From positions 320,001 through 384,000 of the forward strand of contig CAVXWZ010000011.1 in assembly GCA_963765575.1 (NCBI GenBank): DNA of 64,000 nucleotides, given 5' to 3'. Shown here one piece after another: positions 18,584 through 28,181 of this stretch; position 1 is the first letter of the stretch; each line of letters begins with the position of its first letter. Below the pieces are notes generated by a model. That model was not told where the DNA came from. It was given only the letters and a program-made list of their open reading frames with translations, and searched no databases. The position numbers and the translations under genes were made by a program. Source of the DNA: an uncultured cyanobacterium (lineage in GTDB: Bacteria > Cyanobacteriota > Cyanobacteriia > PCC-6307 > Cyanobiaceae).

Positions 18584-19540
18584 ATGACGGTCCGATGGCA
18601 ACAACCGGCAGCCCCCGGGCCTGGGCAGTCCGCTGAGCTGCCGATCCGGCCCAGCGCACCCTCCGGAGCTGTGCTGCCGGGCCAGGCCCTGCTGGATTGG
18701 CGCCGGCAGCAGTTGGCCCAGGGGGGGCGAGCTGCCGATCTCGACTGGCTGCTGGATCTGGTGGGGGGTCTGCGCTGGGCGGACCTGCAGCGTCTGCGCC
18801 TCGATCCCGAGCGCAGCGTGCGGCTCCAGCTGACCCTGCCCCGCCTGGCGGCCCTGTGGCGGCGGCATCTTTCCCGCCAGGAGCCCGTGCAGTACCTGGC
18901 CGGTTGCTGTCCCTGGCGGGACCTGACGCTGGCCGTGGCTCCCGGTGTGCTGATCCCCCGGCAGGACACCGAACTGCTCGTGGACCTGGCCCAGGGCCTG
19001 CTGGAGCATCCGCCAGGGTTCTGGGCCGACCTGGGCACCGGTTCCGGCTGTCTGGCCCTGGCCCTGGCCCGGCTCTGGCCCAGGAGCCGGGGCGTGGCTG
19101 TGGATCTGAGCGCCCTGGCCCTCAGTCAAGCCGGCGCCAACCTCCAGGCCGCCGGCTTGACCGAGCGCGTGGAGCTGCAGGCCGGCAGCTGGTGGCAGCC
19201 ACTGCGGCCGGGTTGGGGAACGTTGGAGCTGGTGGTGGCCAATCCCCCCTACATCCCCACGGCCGTGTGGGCTGATCTGGAGCCGGTGGTGCGCGACCAC
19301 GAACCCGTTCTGGCCCTGGACGGGGGCCCCGATGGTCTGCGGGAGATCCGCCTGATCGCCGCCGGTGCGCTGGCGGCGCTGGCTCCCGGCGGCTCGCTGG
19401 TGCTGGAGCACCACCACGATCAGGGCGAGGCCGTCGCTGAGCTGCTGGTTGCCGCCGGTCTCGAGCGGGTGCAGGCTCACCAGGATCTTCAGGGCATCTG
19501 GCGTTTCGCCTCTGCCCGCCGACCCCTCGGTCTCCGATGA
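18584..19540 (+). CDS. prmC: Release factor glutamine methyltransferase
   Basis: EPVQYL, VLIPR, DLGTGSG, NPPYI, ALDGGPDGL. Confidence 0.93.
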   Translation: MTVRWQQPAAPGPGQSAELPIRPSAPSGAVLPGQALLDWRRQQLAQGGRAADLDWLLDLVGGLRWADLQRLRLDPERSVRLQLTLPRLAALWRRHLSRQEPVQYLAGCCPWRDLTLAVAPGVLIPRQDTELLVDLAQGLLEHPPGFWADLGTGSGCLALALARLWPRSRGVAVDLSALALSQAGANLQAAGLTERVELQAGSWWQPLRPGWGTLELVVANPPYIPTAVWADLEPVVRDHEPVLALDGGPDGLREIRLIAAGALAALAPGGSLVLEHHHDQGEAVAELLVAAGLERVQAHQDLQGIWRFASARRPLGLR

Positions 19541-20172
19541 CGCCCCCCCAGCCTTTGGACCCACCCGGGGCGGTCCTTTCTCCTGCTGAGCTGGCGCGCC
19601 AACTCCAGGCCGGGGCCGTGGCGCTGATGCCCACCGACACGCTGCCTGCCCTGGCGGCCAGCCCCGAGCACGCTGGCCAGATCTGGGCCCTCAAGGGCCG
19701 CCCAGCCCACAAGCCCCTGATCCTGATGGGGGCCCACCTGGAGCAGCTGGGCGGGGTGCTCGGCACCCCCTGGAATCGGGAATGGCTGGACCTGGCGGCT
19801 CGGGGCTGGCCCGGAGCCCTCACGCTGGTGCTGCCGGCCCGGGGCCCTTGGGTGGAGTGGCTCCACCCAGGCGGCGGCGATCTGGGCCTGCGCATTCCTG
19901 CCTGCAGCCAGGCCCGGGAGTTGCTGCGGCTGAGTGGCCCGCTGGCCACCACCAGCGCCAATCCATCGGGTCTTGCCGCCGCCACAACTGTGGAGCAGGC
20001 CAAGGAGTTGTTTCCGTTGCTGCCGGTGCTGGGGCCGCTGCCCTGGCCAGAGGCCGGCGGCGCCGCCAGCACGGTGCTGGCCTGGCAGGCCAGCGAGGGC
20101 TCAGGGGCCGGCCGATGGCGGCTGCTGCGCGCCGGTGCTTTCCTGCCCGAAGACCTGCACCTCGATGGCTGA
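19537..20172 (+). CDS. L-threonylcarbamoyladenylate synthase (Sua5/YrdC/TsaC)
   Basis: PTDTLPAL, KGRP..KPL, WPGALTLV, TTSANPSG. Confidence 0.9.
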   Translation: MTPPQPLDPPGAVLSPAELARQLQAGAVALMPTDTLPALAASPEHAGQIWALKGRPAHKPLILMGAHLEQLGGVLGTPWNREWLDLAARGWPGALTLVLPARGPWVEWLHPGGGDLGLRIPACSQARELLRLSGPLATTSANPSGLAAATTVEQAKELFPLLPVLGPLPWPEAGGAASTVLAWQASEGSGAGRWRLLRAGAFLPEDLHLDG

Positions 20173-20327
20173 TGGCGGCCCTGGCCCTCGTGCTGCTGAT
20201 CACCATGGCCGCCTACGCCTGGCTGGCGACGCCACTGATCCAAGCCGGCACTGGCCTGCTCCAGGCCGGCTGGCTGCTCTGGCTGCCAGTGCTGGTGCTG
20301 GTGTGGCTGCTGGCCACGCGCGACTGA
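20172..20327 (+). CDS. Small hydrophobic membrane protein (51 aa)
   Basis: TGATG overlap with upstream stop; two hydrophobic segments. Confidence 0.55.
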   Translation: MAALALVLLITMAAYAWLATPLIQAGTGLLQAGWLLWLPVLVLVWLLATRD

Positions 20328-20428
20328 CGCCATCACTCTCCTGCCGGGCCAGTCCTGCGGCTGTGTCCTGCTGGGCGACAGCCAGATCGGAACGCCCCTA
20401 AGGTTCGCTGCTCTTTGCAGTCCAGTCG

Positions 20429-21760
20429 ATGGCCCATCGCCGCCGGATGCTTGTGGCGGGCCTGGGGCTGTTGGGCTGGTGCTGCGCGCTGCTGCTGAAT
20501 CTGACGCTGCCGGTGCTCGCCCAGCCCGCTGGGTCGCCCCCTGCGGCACAGCCGGCGACGCAGCGGGCGGAGCTGCGGGGGGTGTGGCTCACCGCCAATG
20601 ACATGCCGGTGCTGCGGGATCGGGAGCGCATGCAGGAGAGTGTGGCCCGCCTGGCCGAGCTCGGTTTCAACACGCTCTATCCGGTGGTCTGGAACGGCGG
20701 TCTTGCCTACTACCCCAGCTCGGTGGTGATGGAGCGGCAGCTGCAGAACTTCCGCTACCTCGGGTTGCAGGGCCAGGACGTGCTCGGCGAGCTGATCGCC
20801 GAGGGCAGGCGGCAACGGCTGCTGGTGATTCCCTGGTTTGAGTTTGGCTTCATGGCGCCGCTCGATTCAACCCTGGCCAAGCGCCACCGGGCCTGGCTCA
20901 CCCAGAAACAGGATGGCGGCCTCACCTCCGTCAGTGCCGCCGGCAAGGTGGCCTGGCTGAACCCGTTCCGCCCGGAGGTGCAAGAGCTGATCACCGATCT
21001 GGTGCTGGAGGTGGTGGGCACCTACGGGGCCGATGGCATCCAGTTTGATGACCACATGACCCTGCCGCGGGAGTTTGGCTACGACTCCTTCACCACCGCT
21101 CTGTATCGGCGCGAAACCGGCAAGAACCCTCCCGCCAATCCGGCCGATGCCGCCTGGGTGAAGTGGCGTGCCGACAAGATCACGGCGTTCATGGATCGCC
21201 TCAGCAAGGCGGTGCGGGCGCGGCGGCCCGGGGCGATCGTGTCGGTCTCACCCAACTACTACGACTTCGCCTACAAGCTGCAACTGCAGGACTGGCTCAC
21301 CTGGGTGAGACGGGGCATCGCCGATGAACTGCTGGTGCAGATCTACCGCCCCGACCTGCCCAGCTACACCCCCCACCTGATCCGGCCGGAGGTGCAGGAA
21401 TCCCGCCAGCGCATCCCCACCGCCATCGCCATCCTCAGTGGCCAGCGCAGTCGCCCCATCTCCATCGACCTGATGCAGGAGAAGGTGCTCGCCAACCGTC
21501 AGGCGGGCCTCGGCGTGTCCTTCTTCTACTTCGAAAGTCTCTGGGCCCTGGGCCCGGAGCCCCCCGACCAGCGCAAGTCGGTGCTGGCCAGGCTGTTCGC
21601 CGCCCCCGCTCCACGCGTTGCCGGTCCTGCGCCTGCAGCGCGGGTCGCCCCGCCAGCGCCGCTGCCGAGCTCGCCGCTGGCGCCGCCGCCGCCGCCGCCC
21701 CTGCGGACACCACCACGTCCGCCTGCCCTGCGTCAGACCCAGGCCCTGCCGGGCGTTTGA
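20429..21760 (+). CDS. Glycoside hydrolase-like family 10 (GHL10) exported protein
   Basis: Signal-like N-terminus, ELRGVWL, IPWFEFG, WLNPFRPEV, DGIQFDDH, QDW; Pro-rich tail. Confidence 0.87.
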   Translation: MAHRRRMLVAGLGLLGWCCALLLNLTLPVLAQPAGSPPAAQPATQRAELRGVWLTANDMPVLRDRERMQESVARLAELGFNTLYPVVWNGGLAYYPSSVVMERQLQNFRYLGLQGQDVLGELIAEGRRQRLLVIPWFEFGFMAPLDSTLAKRHRAWLTQKQDGGLTSVSAAGKVAWLNPFRPEVQELITDLVLEVVGTYGADGIQFDDHMTLPREFGYDSFTTALYRRETGKNPPANPADAAWVKWRADKITAFMDRLSKAVRARRPGAIVSVSPNYYDFAYKLQLQDWLTWVRRGIADELLVQIYRPDLPSYTPHLIRPEVQESRQRIPTAIAILSGQRSRPISIDLMQEKVLANRQAGLGVSFFYFESLWALGPEPPDQRKSVLARLFAAPAPRVAGPAPAARVAPPAPLPSSPLAPPPPPPLRTPPRPPALRQTQALPGV

Positions 21761-21826
21761 GTTGCGGTGGGGTGCCGGGTCGGTGCCTGTTGTGCGGTGG
21801 CGCCTGGGCAGGCGTCAGCCTGGAGA

Positions 21827-21898
21827 AGCCGGCTAACGGATTTGAACCGATGGCCTTCGCTTTACAAAAGCGCTGCTCTACCGCTGAGCTAAGCCGGC
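21827..21898 (-). tRNA. tRNA-Thr(TGT)
   Basis: GCCGGCTTAGCTCAGCGGTAGAGC...TTTGTAA...GGTTCAAATCC...GCCGGCT. Confidence 0.94.
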
Positions 21899-22176
21899 GT
21901 TGTGGCTGCCTGGTCGTCAGCACAGGGAGGATTATCGACCCCTGGCGGCGCGGCGAGTGCCCAGAGCAGCAACTGGGTGCGGTTCTGACAACCGGCCTTG
22001 GCCAGCAGGTTTGAGATGTGGCTTTCCACCGTGCGGGGACTCAGCACCAGCGCCGCGGCGATCGCCTTGTTGGTGAGCCCCCGGCCCAGTTGCGTGAGCA
22101 CCCGCCGCTCAGCCGGGCTGATGGCGGTGCTCCCCTCCACCCAGTTCGCCGTTGTGGCGGCAATGGGGCTGGTCAT
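21889..22176 (-). CDS. Small LuxR-type HTH transcriptional regulator (PedR-like)
   Basis: SPAERRVL...GLTNKAIA..LVLSPRTVESHISNLLAK...NRTQL. Confidence 0.88.
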   Translation of the reverse strand: MTSPIAATTANWVEGSTAISPAERRVLTQLGRGLTNKAIAAALVLSPRTVESHISNLLAKAGCQNRTQLLLWALAAPPGVDNPPCADDQAATTPA

Positions 22177-22257
22177 GGCCGGCGTAGGGAAATGGCTGCA
22201 TCCAGAGTTGCCACGCCTCAGCACAGGCCGCGGCCGCCGCCTTTGCTGAGCGGGATC

Positions 22258-22593
22258 TCAGGGGCTGATGCGAGCGCTCAAGCTCGGCTCGGAATCATCG
22301 TCGCCCGTGGCCTCGGCTGTGGGTTCGTCAAGGCGGCGGGCCCGGCGGATCGGCAGGTTGGCCACCAAGGCCGTGACCCGGTCCTCGGTGGCCAGGCTCA
22401 CGTCGCCCTCCTCCATGTCGATCTCCACGTAGCGGCTCACCACCTCGAGGATCTCGCGCCGCATCTGCTCCAGCAGCTCGGGATTGAGATCGCTGCGGTC
22501 ATGGGCCAGCACCAGGCGCAGGCGTTGCTTGGCGGTGCCGGCGCTGGCCGTCTGACGGCCCAGCAGTTTGTCGATCAGGTCGCGCAGGGTCAT
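22258..22593 (-). CDS. minE: Cell division topological specificity factor
   Basis: [17 protein letters not shown]...[10 protein letters not shown]...LVANLPIR. Confidence 0.96.
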   Translation of the reverse strand: MTLRDLIDKLLGRQTASAGTAKQRLRLVLAHDRSDLNPELLEQMRREILEVVSRYVEIDMEEGDVSLATEDRVTALVANLPIRRARRLDEPTAEATGDDDSEPSLSARISP

Positions 22594-22597
22594 CGGC

Positions 22598-23416
22598 TCA
22601 GAAGATCTTCGTTTGCATCAGCCGGCCGATCCGGGCCCGCAGACCCTGGCGTTCTTTGCTGGGGTCGATCAGTGGCACGTCTTCGCCGCGCAGCCTTCGG
22701 GCCACGTTGGTGTAGGCCCTGCCCGCCGGTGAGCTGCCTTCCCCCAGGGTCAGCGGTTCGCCCCGGTTTGTGCTCACGATCACCTGCTCGTCTTCCACCA
22801 CCAGACCCAGCAGGGGCAGGGCGAGGATGTCGGTGACGTCATCGACGCCCAGCATCTCCTGGTTGGCCATCATCTTCGGCCGCACCCGGTTGAGCACCAG
22901 CTGGATCGGCTTCACCCCCTCGCTGTTGAGCAGCCCGATCACGCGGTCGGCATCGCGCACGGCCGACACCTCCGGGGTGGTGACGATGATCGCCTCCGAG
23001 GCGGCGGCCATGGCATTGCGAAAGCCGCCCTCAATGCCCGCCGGGGCGTCGATGAGCACGTAGTCGAAATGCTCACCCACCATGGCGGCAATCTTGCGCA
23101 TGTCGTCTGGTTTCAGCCACTCGAGCATGCGTGGGTTGCCGGCTGGCAGCAGGGCCAGGTTTGGCTCCTGCTTGTGCTTCACCAGGGCCTGCTCCAGGCG
23201 GCAGCTCTCAGCCAGCACCTCCTGGGCGGTGTAGACGATGCGGTTTTCCAGGCCCAGCAGCAGGTCGAGGTTGCGCAGCCCGAAGTCGGCGTCGAGCACG
23301 GCAGTTCGGGCCCCCTGGCGGGCCAGGGCGATGCCGAGGTTGGCGGTGAGGGTGGTCTTGCCCACCCCTCCCTTGCCGGAGCAGATCAAGATGAAGCGGC
23401 TGGACTGCTCGGTCAC
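22598..23416 (-). CDS. minD: Septum site-determining ATPase
   Basis: [32 protein letters not shown]. Confidence 0.98.
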   Translation of the reverse strand: MTEQSSRFILICSGKGGVGKTTLTANLGIALARQGARTAVLDADFGLRNLDLLLGLENRIVYTAQEVLAESCRLEQALVKHKQEPNLALLPAGNPRMLEWLKPDDMRKIAAMVGEHFDYVLIDAPAGIEGGFRNAMAAASEAIIVTTPEVSAVRDADRVIGLLNSEGVKPIQLVLNRVRPKMMANQEMLGVDDVTDILALPLLGLVVEDEQVIVSTNRGEPLTLGEGSSPAGRAYTNVARRLRGEDVPLIDPSKERQGLRARIGRLMQTKIF

Positions 23417-24222
23417 GGCTGGGCCTGGGGTCGGGGCAGGTTAGGGCCAAAACGCTGCATCCCCAATTCACGTCCCGATGGCCGCCCCGCCTGGGGTACC
23501 GGCTCCAGCGGCCAGATCGGCGGAGCCGGGTCCAGGCGGATCACGCCGTCCACCAGGGAGGCCTGCTCGGCCATTCCGGTTGCTGGGCTGCCTTCCGGCC
23601 CCCGGGCCACCGTCCCGGCGATGCGCAGCTGCAGGGGCCGCAGCTGCAGGGCGACAATCCGGGCCTGCGCATCCCCCCGGCAGCCGGCATGGGCCATGCC
23701 CCGAAGTCGGCCCCACACCAGCACATGGCCGCCGGCGCTCACCCGGGCGCCCGGGTTGACATCGCCGAGCACGAGCACCGATGCCTCCGCTTCCAGGTGG
23801 TCTCCTGAGCGCAGGGTGCCGCGCTGGAGGGTGAGGCCAGCGCGGCCGGAACCCGCCTCGGCGGCCCCCTGGCCACTGAGCCCTTGGCGGAACCAGCTCG
23901 TGCAGGTCTGCAGGCCCAAGGCCGCCGCCGCCACCCGGCTGCGGGGAGCATCGCTGCAGAGGGCGACCAGCCGCACGCCACGCTGGCCCAGCCTTTCGGC
24001 CACCGCCCGCAGCTCACCAACGCCAAGATGCCAGCCGCCCGGAGCCAGCCCGAGGGCCTGGGGTAGCGGCGCTGCGCCCAGGAGGCTGGCCTCGTTGAGG
24101 GCCCGTTCCACCAGGTCCAGCAGCGGCGCGGTGCCGCCCTGGGGCGGCAGCACGAGCCAGCCGGGAGCTCCCTCCCAGCCTGGTGCGAGCACCACCGCCT
24201 CCATGGCCGCCGTCGGCATCAT
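23413..24222 (-). CDS. minC: Septum site-determining protein
   Basis: GTLRSG, LGDVNPGA, VWGRLRGMAHAG beta-helix. Confidence 0.93.
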   Translation of the reverse strand: MMPTAAMEAVVLAPGWEGAPGWLVLPPQGGTAPLLDLVERALNEASLLGAAPLPQALGLAPGGWHLGVGELRAVAERLGQRGVRLVALCSDAPRSRVAAAALGLQTCTSWFRQGLSGQGAAEAGSGRAGLTLQRGTLRSGDHLEAEASVLVLGDVNPGARVSAGGHVLVWGRLRGMAHAGCRGDAQARIVALQLRPLQLRIAGTVARGPEGSPATGMAEQASLVDGVIRLDPAPPIWPLEPVPQAGRPSGRELGMQRFGPNLPRPQAQP

Positions 24223-25460
24223 CCCCTGATCAACAGCCGCAACTTAGGGGCCACCTCCGCCGGGTGAATCAACCAGGCCATCTCCACGGGCCGGGTGAGG
24301 CTCTGCACCAGGGCCGAGCGCTGCTCGAGGGCCTCGAGATGGCGGCCGTCCCATAGACGCAGCCCACCTTTGTAGGGGTGATAGCCGCGGCTCTGGCGCT
24401 GCTGCAGGCCGCAGCAGCTGTCCGCCACCAGGCCCTGCTCCTCCGCCAGGCGCCGGGCCCGGGCGAGCAGCTCAAGCCGTTCAGCTGCGGGGCGATGGCT
24501 GACATCCGTGGCCTTCAGCAGCCGCCTCTCCAGCAGGCGCCGGCAGGGCTCCGCCAGTTCCGCCGGGCCCTCCTCCATCCAGCGCATCAGGTGGTAGCCG
24601 GTGCGGATGTCGTCGTTGGCCAGGTAGGTGTCCAGGTTCAGATCCTGCTGGTGCCATAGCCACCCGGCCATCACCGGGTCGGCCCAAACCAGCCGGGGCC
24701 CGAGGCTGCGTGCCCGGCTGATCACCTGCTGCAACAGCCAGTTGCAGACCACGTTGAGACGGTGGTTGTAGACGCTGCGATACATCAGATTGCGCACCAC
24801 CAGGTAGTGCTCCACGGCCATCAGGCCCTTGGGATGGAGGGCCAGGCTGCCGTCGGGAGCGAGGGTGAGGGCGGCCAGAATCCGTTCCAGGTCGAGATGG
24901 CCGTAGCTCATGCCGGTGCTGTGGCTGTCCCGCAGCAGGTAGTCCAGCCGGTCGCAATCGAGCTGGCTGCTCACCAGCGCTTTGATGGCCCGGCAGGGGT
25001 GATCGCCGTCCCCCAGCAGCTGGGCCACCGTTTCGGCGCTGCCTGGGGCGAAGTGTTCCAGCGGTTCCCGCAGCGCCGGATGCTCCCGGATCAGCCGGCC
25101 TGACCAGTCTTCATGGCGCATCCCATACATCTCCTCGCCGCTGTGGCTGAGGGGTCCATGGCCCACGTCGTGCAGGAGGGCCGCGGCATAGAGCACGCCC
25201 CGATGGGCGGCCAGCTGGGGATGCAGTCGCTCGAGCTCGGCCAGGGCCCGCCGTGCCAGGTGCAGCACACCGAGCGAGTGGGTGAACCGACTCGACTCGG
25301 CGCCGTGGAAGGTGAGAAAGGCAGGACCGAGCTGCCGCACCCGCCGCAGCCGTTGAAACGGCGCTGTGTCGATCAGGCGGATGGCCAGGGCCTCGGCTGG
25401 CTCGTTGTGGCGCAGCCTGATCGACCCGTGGAGGGGGTCGTGGTATGTGCGTTCGGCCAT
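24219..25460 (-). CDS. HD-domain phosphohydrolase
   Basis: DPLHG, FQRLRR, SRFTHSLG, LLHDVGHGPLSH, DCDRLDYL. Confidence 0.92.
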   Translation of the reverse strand: MAERTYHDPLHGSIRLRHNEPAEALAIRLIDTAPFQRLRRVRQLGPAFLTFHGAESSRFTHSLGVLHLARRALAELERLHPQLAAHRGVLYAAALLHDVGHGPLSHSGEEMYGMRHEDWSGRLIREHPALREPLEHFAPGSAETVAQLLGDGDHPCRAIKALVSSQLDCDRLDYLLRDSHSTGMSYGHLDLERILAALTLAPDGSLALHPKGLMAVEHYLVVRNLMYRSVYNHRLNVVCNWLLQQVISRARSLGPRLVWADPVMAGWLWHQQDLNLDTYLANDDIRTGYHLMRWMEEGPAELAEPCRRLLERRLLKATDVSHRPAAERLELLARARRLAEEQGLVADSCCGLQQRQSRGYHPYKGGLRLWDGRHLEALEQRSALVQSLTRPVEMAWLIHPAEVAPKLRLLIRG

Positions 25461-25487
25461 GCCCGTGCGCTCCGTCACAGCCTCCCC

Positions 25488-26750
25488 TCAGGTGTCGGCT
25501 TCACTCTCGCCGGGCAGCTCGCGGGCCAGCAATTTGCCGGCCTGTTGCAGCCACACGTCGCCATCGCCGCCGGGATTCAGCGGTTCCGGCGCGCTCAGGG
25601 TCACGTCCGGTTCGATGCCTTCGTTCTGGATGTCGCGACCGCCCGGGGTGAGATAGCGGGCCACGGTCACGGCCAGGCCGCTGCTGTCACTGAGGGAGAT
25701 CAGGGTCTGGATCAGCCCCTTGCCATAGGTGCGGCTGCCGGCCAGCCTGCTGCGGCCGTTGTCCTGGAGCGCACCGGCGAGGATCTCACTGGCACTGGCG
25801 GTGCCACCATTCACCAACGTGATCATCGGGCCGTCGAACAGTTGGCCCTGGCCGGACCGCTGGGGGGAGACCAAGCCGCCGCGATCCTCGGTGACCACGA
25901 TCGGTCGGTTGTCCAGCAGCCCGTCAGCCACGGCCAGACCGGCGCTCACCAGGCCACCGGAATTGTTGCGCAGATCCAGAATCAACCCCTCGATGGCCTG
26001 ATCCTGGAGGTCCCGCAGGGCCTCTCCAACCTGGGCGGGCACGGGCTCGGCGAACTGGGTGATGCGCAGATACCCCAGGGTGTGGCCATCGACCCGCAGG
26101 CGCTTGCTGCGCACGGTGTGCAAGTCCACCTGGCGCCGCTCCAGCTCCACTTCCCTGGGGCTGCCGTCCTGGTCCTGCAGGTTCACCAGCACGCTGCTGC
26201 CGCTGGGGCCGCGCAGGGCCGCCGCCGTTCCGTCCAACCCAAGGGCGTCGGTGGCTATCCCGTCAACGCTCAGCAGTTCGCTGCCGCTCAGGATCTCGGC
26301 CTCCGCGGCCGGGGAGTCATCCAGGGGAGCGATCACCACCACGGCGTGGTCGCTGTCCCGGGCCGCCAGCTGTAGCCCCACACCGCTCACCGTGCCCTGG
26401 TTGGTGGATTGCAGGGCCCTGTAGTCCTGCGGTCGCAGCAGACGGGTGTAGGGGTCGTCGAGCGGGCTGAGCATGGCCTCGATGGCCGTGTAGGCCTCGT
26501 CGGAGCTGGTGATCGGCCGCTCCAGGGCCCGCTGGCGCAGGCGTCTCCAATGAATTCGCTCGAACTCCCCTGGATCCAGGTAGCTCTGGTTCACCAGCCG
26601 CCAGGTTTCCACCACCAGCTGCTGGGCATCGTTGAGGGCCAGGCTCGGCTGAACCAGGGTGCCCAGCCAAAGGGCCATGGCGACCAGCCAGGCCAAGGCC
26701 TGGCTGAGGACACGGCCGCTCTGGCGGAGGGACGGCAGGGATCGGAACAC
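25488..26750 (-). CDS. Carboxyl-terminal processing protease (S41, PDZ)
   Basis: DPYT, GVGL PDZ, LDLRNNSGG, TASASEI, GKGLIQ; start uncertain. Confidence 0.92.
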   Translation of the reverse strand: MFRSLPSLRQSGRVLSQALAWLVAMALWLGTLVQPSLALNDAQQLVVETWRLVNQSYLDPGEFERIHWRRLRQRALERPITSSDEAYTAIEAMLSPLDDPYTRLLRPQDYRALQSTNQGTVSGVGLQLAARDSDHAVVVIAPLDDSPAAEAEILSGSELLSVDGIATDALGLDGTAAALRGPSGSSVLVNLQDQDGSPREVELERRQVDLHTVRSKRLRVDGHTLGYLRITQFAEPVPAQVGEALRDLQDQAIEGLILDLRNNSGGLVSAGLAVADGLLDNRPIVVTEDRGGLVSPQRSGQGQLFDGPMITLVNGGTASASEILAGALQDNGRSRLAGSRTYGKGLIQTLISLSDSSGLAVTVARYLTPGGRDIQNEGIEPDVTLSAPEPLNPGGDGDVWLQQAGKLLARELPGESEADT

Positions 26751-26818
26751 GGGGAGCTCGGCGCTCACGGCAGCTTCGAAGCGGTGCGTAGACTCTCGCA
26801 ACCCATCCACCCAGCTGC

Positions 26819-27502
26819 ATGGCGAACACTCCCGCTGGCAATCCCGGGGGGGCTTCCAACCCCGTCTACGACTGGTTCGAGGAGCGCCTCGAGATCCAGG
26901 CTATCGCCGATGACATTTCGGCGAAGTACGTTCCGCCCCACGTCAACATCTTTTATTGCCTCGGTGGCATCACACTGGTCTGCTTCCTGATCCAGTTTGC
27001 CACCGGGTTTGCAATGACCTTCTATTACAAGCCCACGGTGGCAGAGGCCTACACCTCTGTCCAATACCTGATGACTGACGTCAGCTTCGGCTGGCTGATC
27101 CGCTCTGTCCACCGTTGGAGCGCGTCGATGATGGTGCTGATGCTGATACTGCACGTCTTCCGCGTCTATCTCACCGGCGGCTTCAAGCGTCCTCGGGAAC
27201 TCACCTGGGTCACTGGCGTCGTGATGGCGGTCATCACCGTCAGCTTCGGGGTCACCGGCTATTCCCTTCCCTGGGACCAGGTTGGCTACTGGGCCGTCAA
27301 GATCGTCAGCGGCGTGCCTGCTGCTGTCCCTGTGGTCGGCGACTTCATGGTTGAACTGCTGCGGGGCGGTGAGAGCGTTGGCCAGGCCACCCTCACTCGC
27401 TTCTACAGCCTGCACACCTTTGTGATGCCCTGGCTGTTGGCCGTGTTCATGCTCATGCACTTCCTGATGATCCGTAAGCAGGGAATCTCCGGTCCCTTGT
27501 GA
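26819..27502 (+). CDS. petB: Cytochrome b6
   Basis: [40 protein letters not shown]. Confidence 0.99.
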   Translation: MANTPAGNPGGASNPVYDWFEERLEIQAIADDISAKYVPPHVNIFYCLGGITLVCFLIQFATGFAMTFYYKPTVAEAYTSVQYLMTDVSFGWLIRSVHRWSASMMVLMLILHVFRVYLTGGFKRPRELTWVTGVVMAVITVSFGVTGYSLPWDQVGYWAVKIVSGVPAAVPVVGDFMVELLRGGESVGQATLTRFYSLHTFVMPWLLAVFMLMHFLMIRKQGISGPL

Positions 27503-27570
27503 ATCTCTGCTGCACTCCCCACAGCGGCTTCAGTAGCTGCCTCTAGCCTTTCTCCACCGGCCCAACAGCC

Positions 27571-28053
27571 ATGCACATCCTCAAGAAGCCCGACCTCACC
27601 GATCCCGCCCTGCGCGCCAAGCTGGCCAAGGGTATGGGCCATAACTACTACGGAGAACCTGCCTGGCCCAACGACCTGCTGTATATGTTCCCGGTTGTGA
27701 TCCTGGGGACAATCGGCTGCATCGTTGGTTTGGCAGTGCTCGATCCGGCCATGCTCGCTGACAAGGCCGACCCCTTCGCTACCCCACTGGAAATCCTCCC
27801 GGAGTGGTACCTCTACCCGGTGTTCCAAATCCTGCGGGTAGTTCCCAACAAGCTGCTGGGTATCGCCCTACAGACCATGATTCCGCTGGGATTGATGCTG
27901 ATCCCATTCATTGAAAGCTTCAACAAGTTTCAGAACCCTTTCCGCCGACCTGTCGCCACAGCTGCTTTTCTGTTCGGCACTGCTTTCACCATCTACCTTG
28001 GTATTGGTGCTGCCCTCCCGATTGACAAGTCACTGACTCTCGGACTGTTCTGA
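27571..28053 (+). CDS. petD: Cytochrome b6-f subunit IV
   Basis: [19 protein letters not shown]. Confidence 0.99.
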   Translation: MHILKKPDLTDPALRAKLAKGMGHNYYGEPAWPNDLLYMFPVVILGTIGCIVGLAVLDPAMLADKADPFATPLEILPEWYLYPVFQILRVVPNKLLGIALQTMIPLGLMLIPFIESFNKFQNPFRRPVATAAFLFGTAFTIYLGIGAALPIDKSLTLGLF

Positions 28054-28075
28054 TTTTTATTTACTTGATCCAAGC

Positions 28076-28181
28076 CTAAATGCGAAAGCTACTGGCAATC
28101 AGTGGTTTTGCATTTAGCGATTAGATTCTTGATCGCAACTTATTTTGCCTTTTGGTCGTAGCTGAAGCTACGGCCTTTTTT
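28076..28181 (+). terminator. Two hairpins between convergent petD and invertase
   Basis: CTAAATGC...GCATTTAG (28076-28117) and GGTCGTAGC-TGAA-GCTACGGCC-T6 (28154-28181). Confidence 0.75.
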
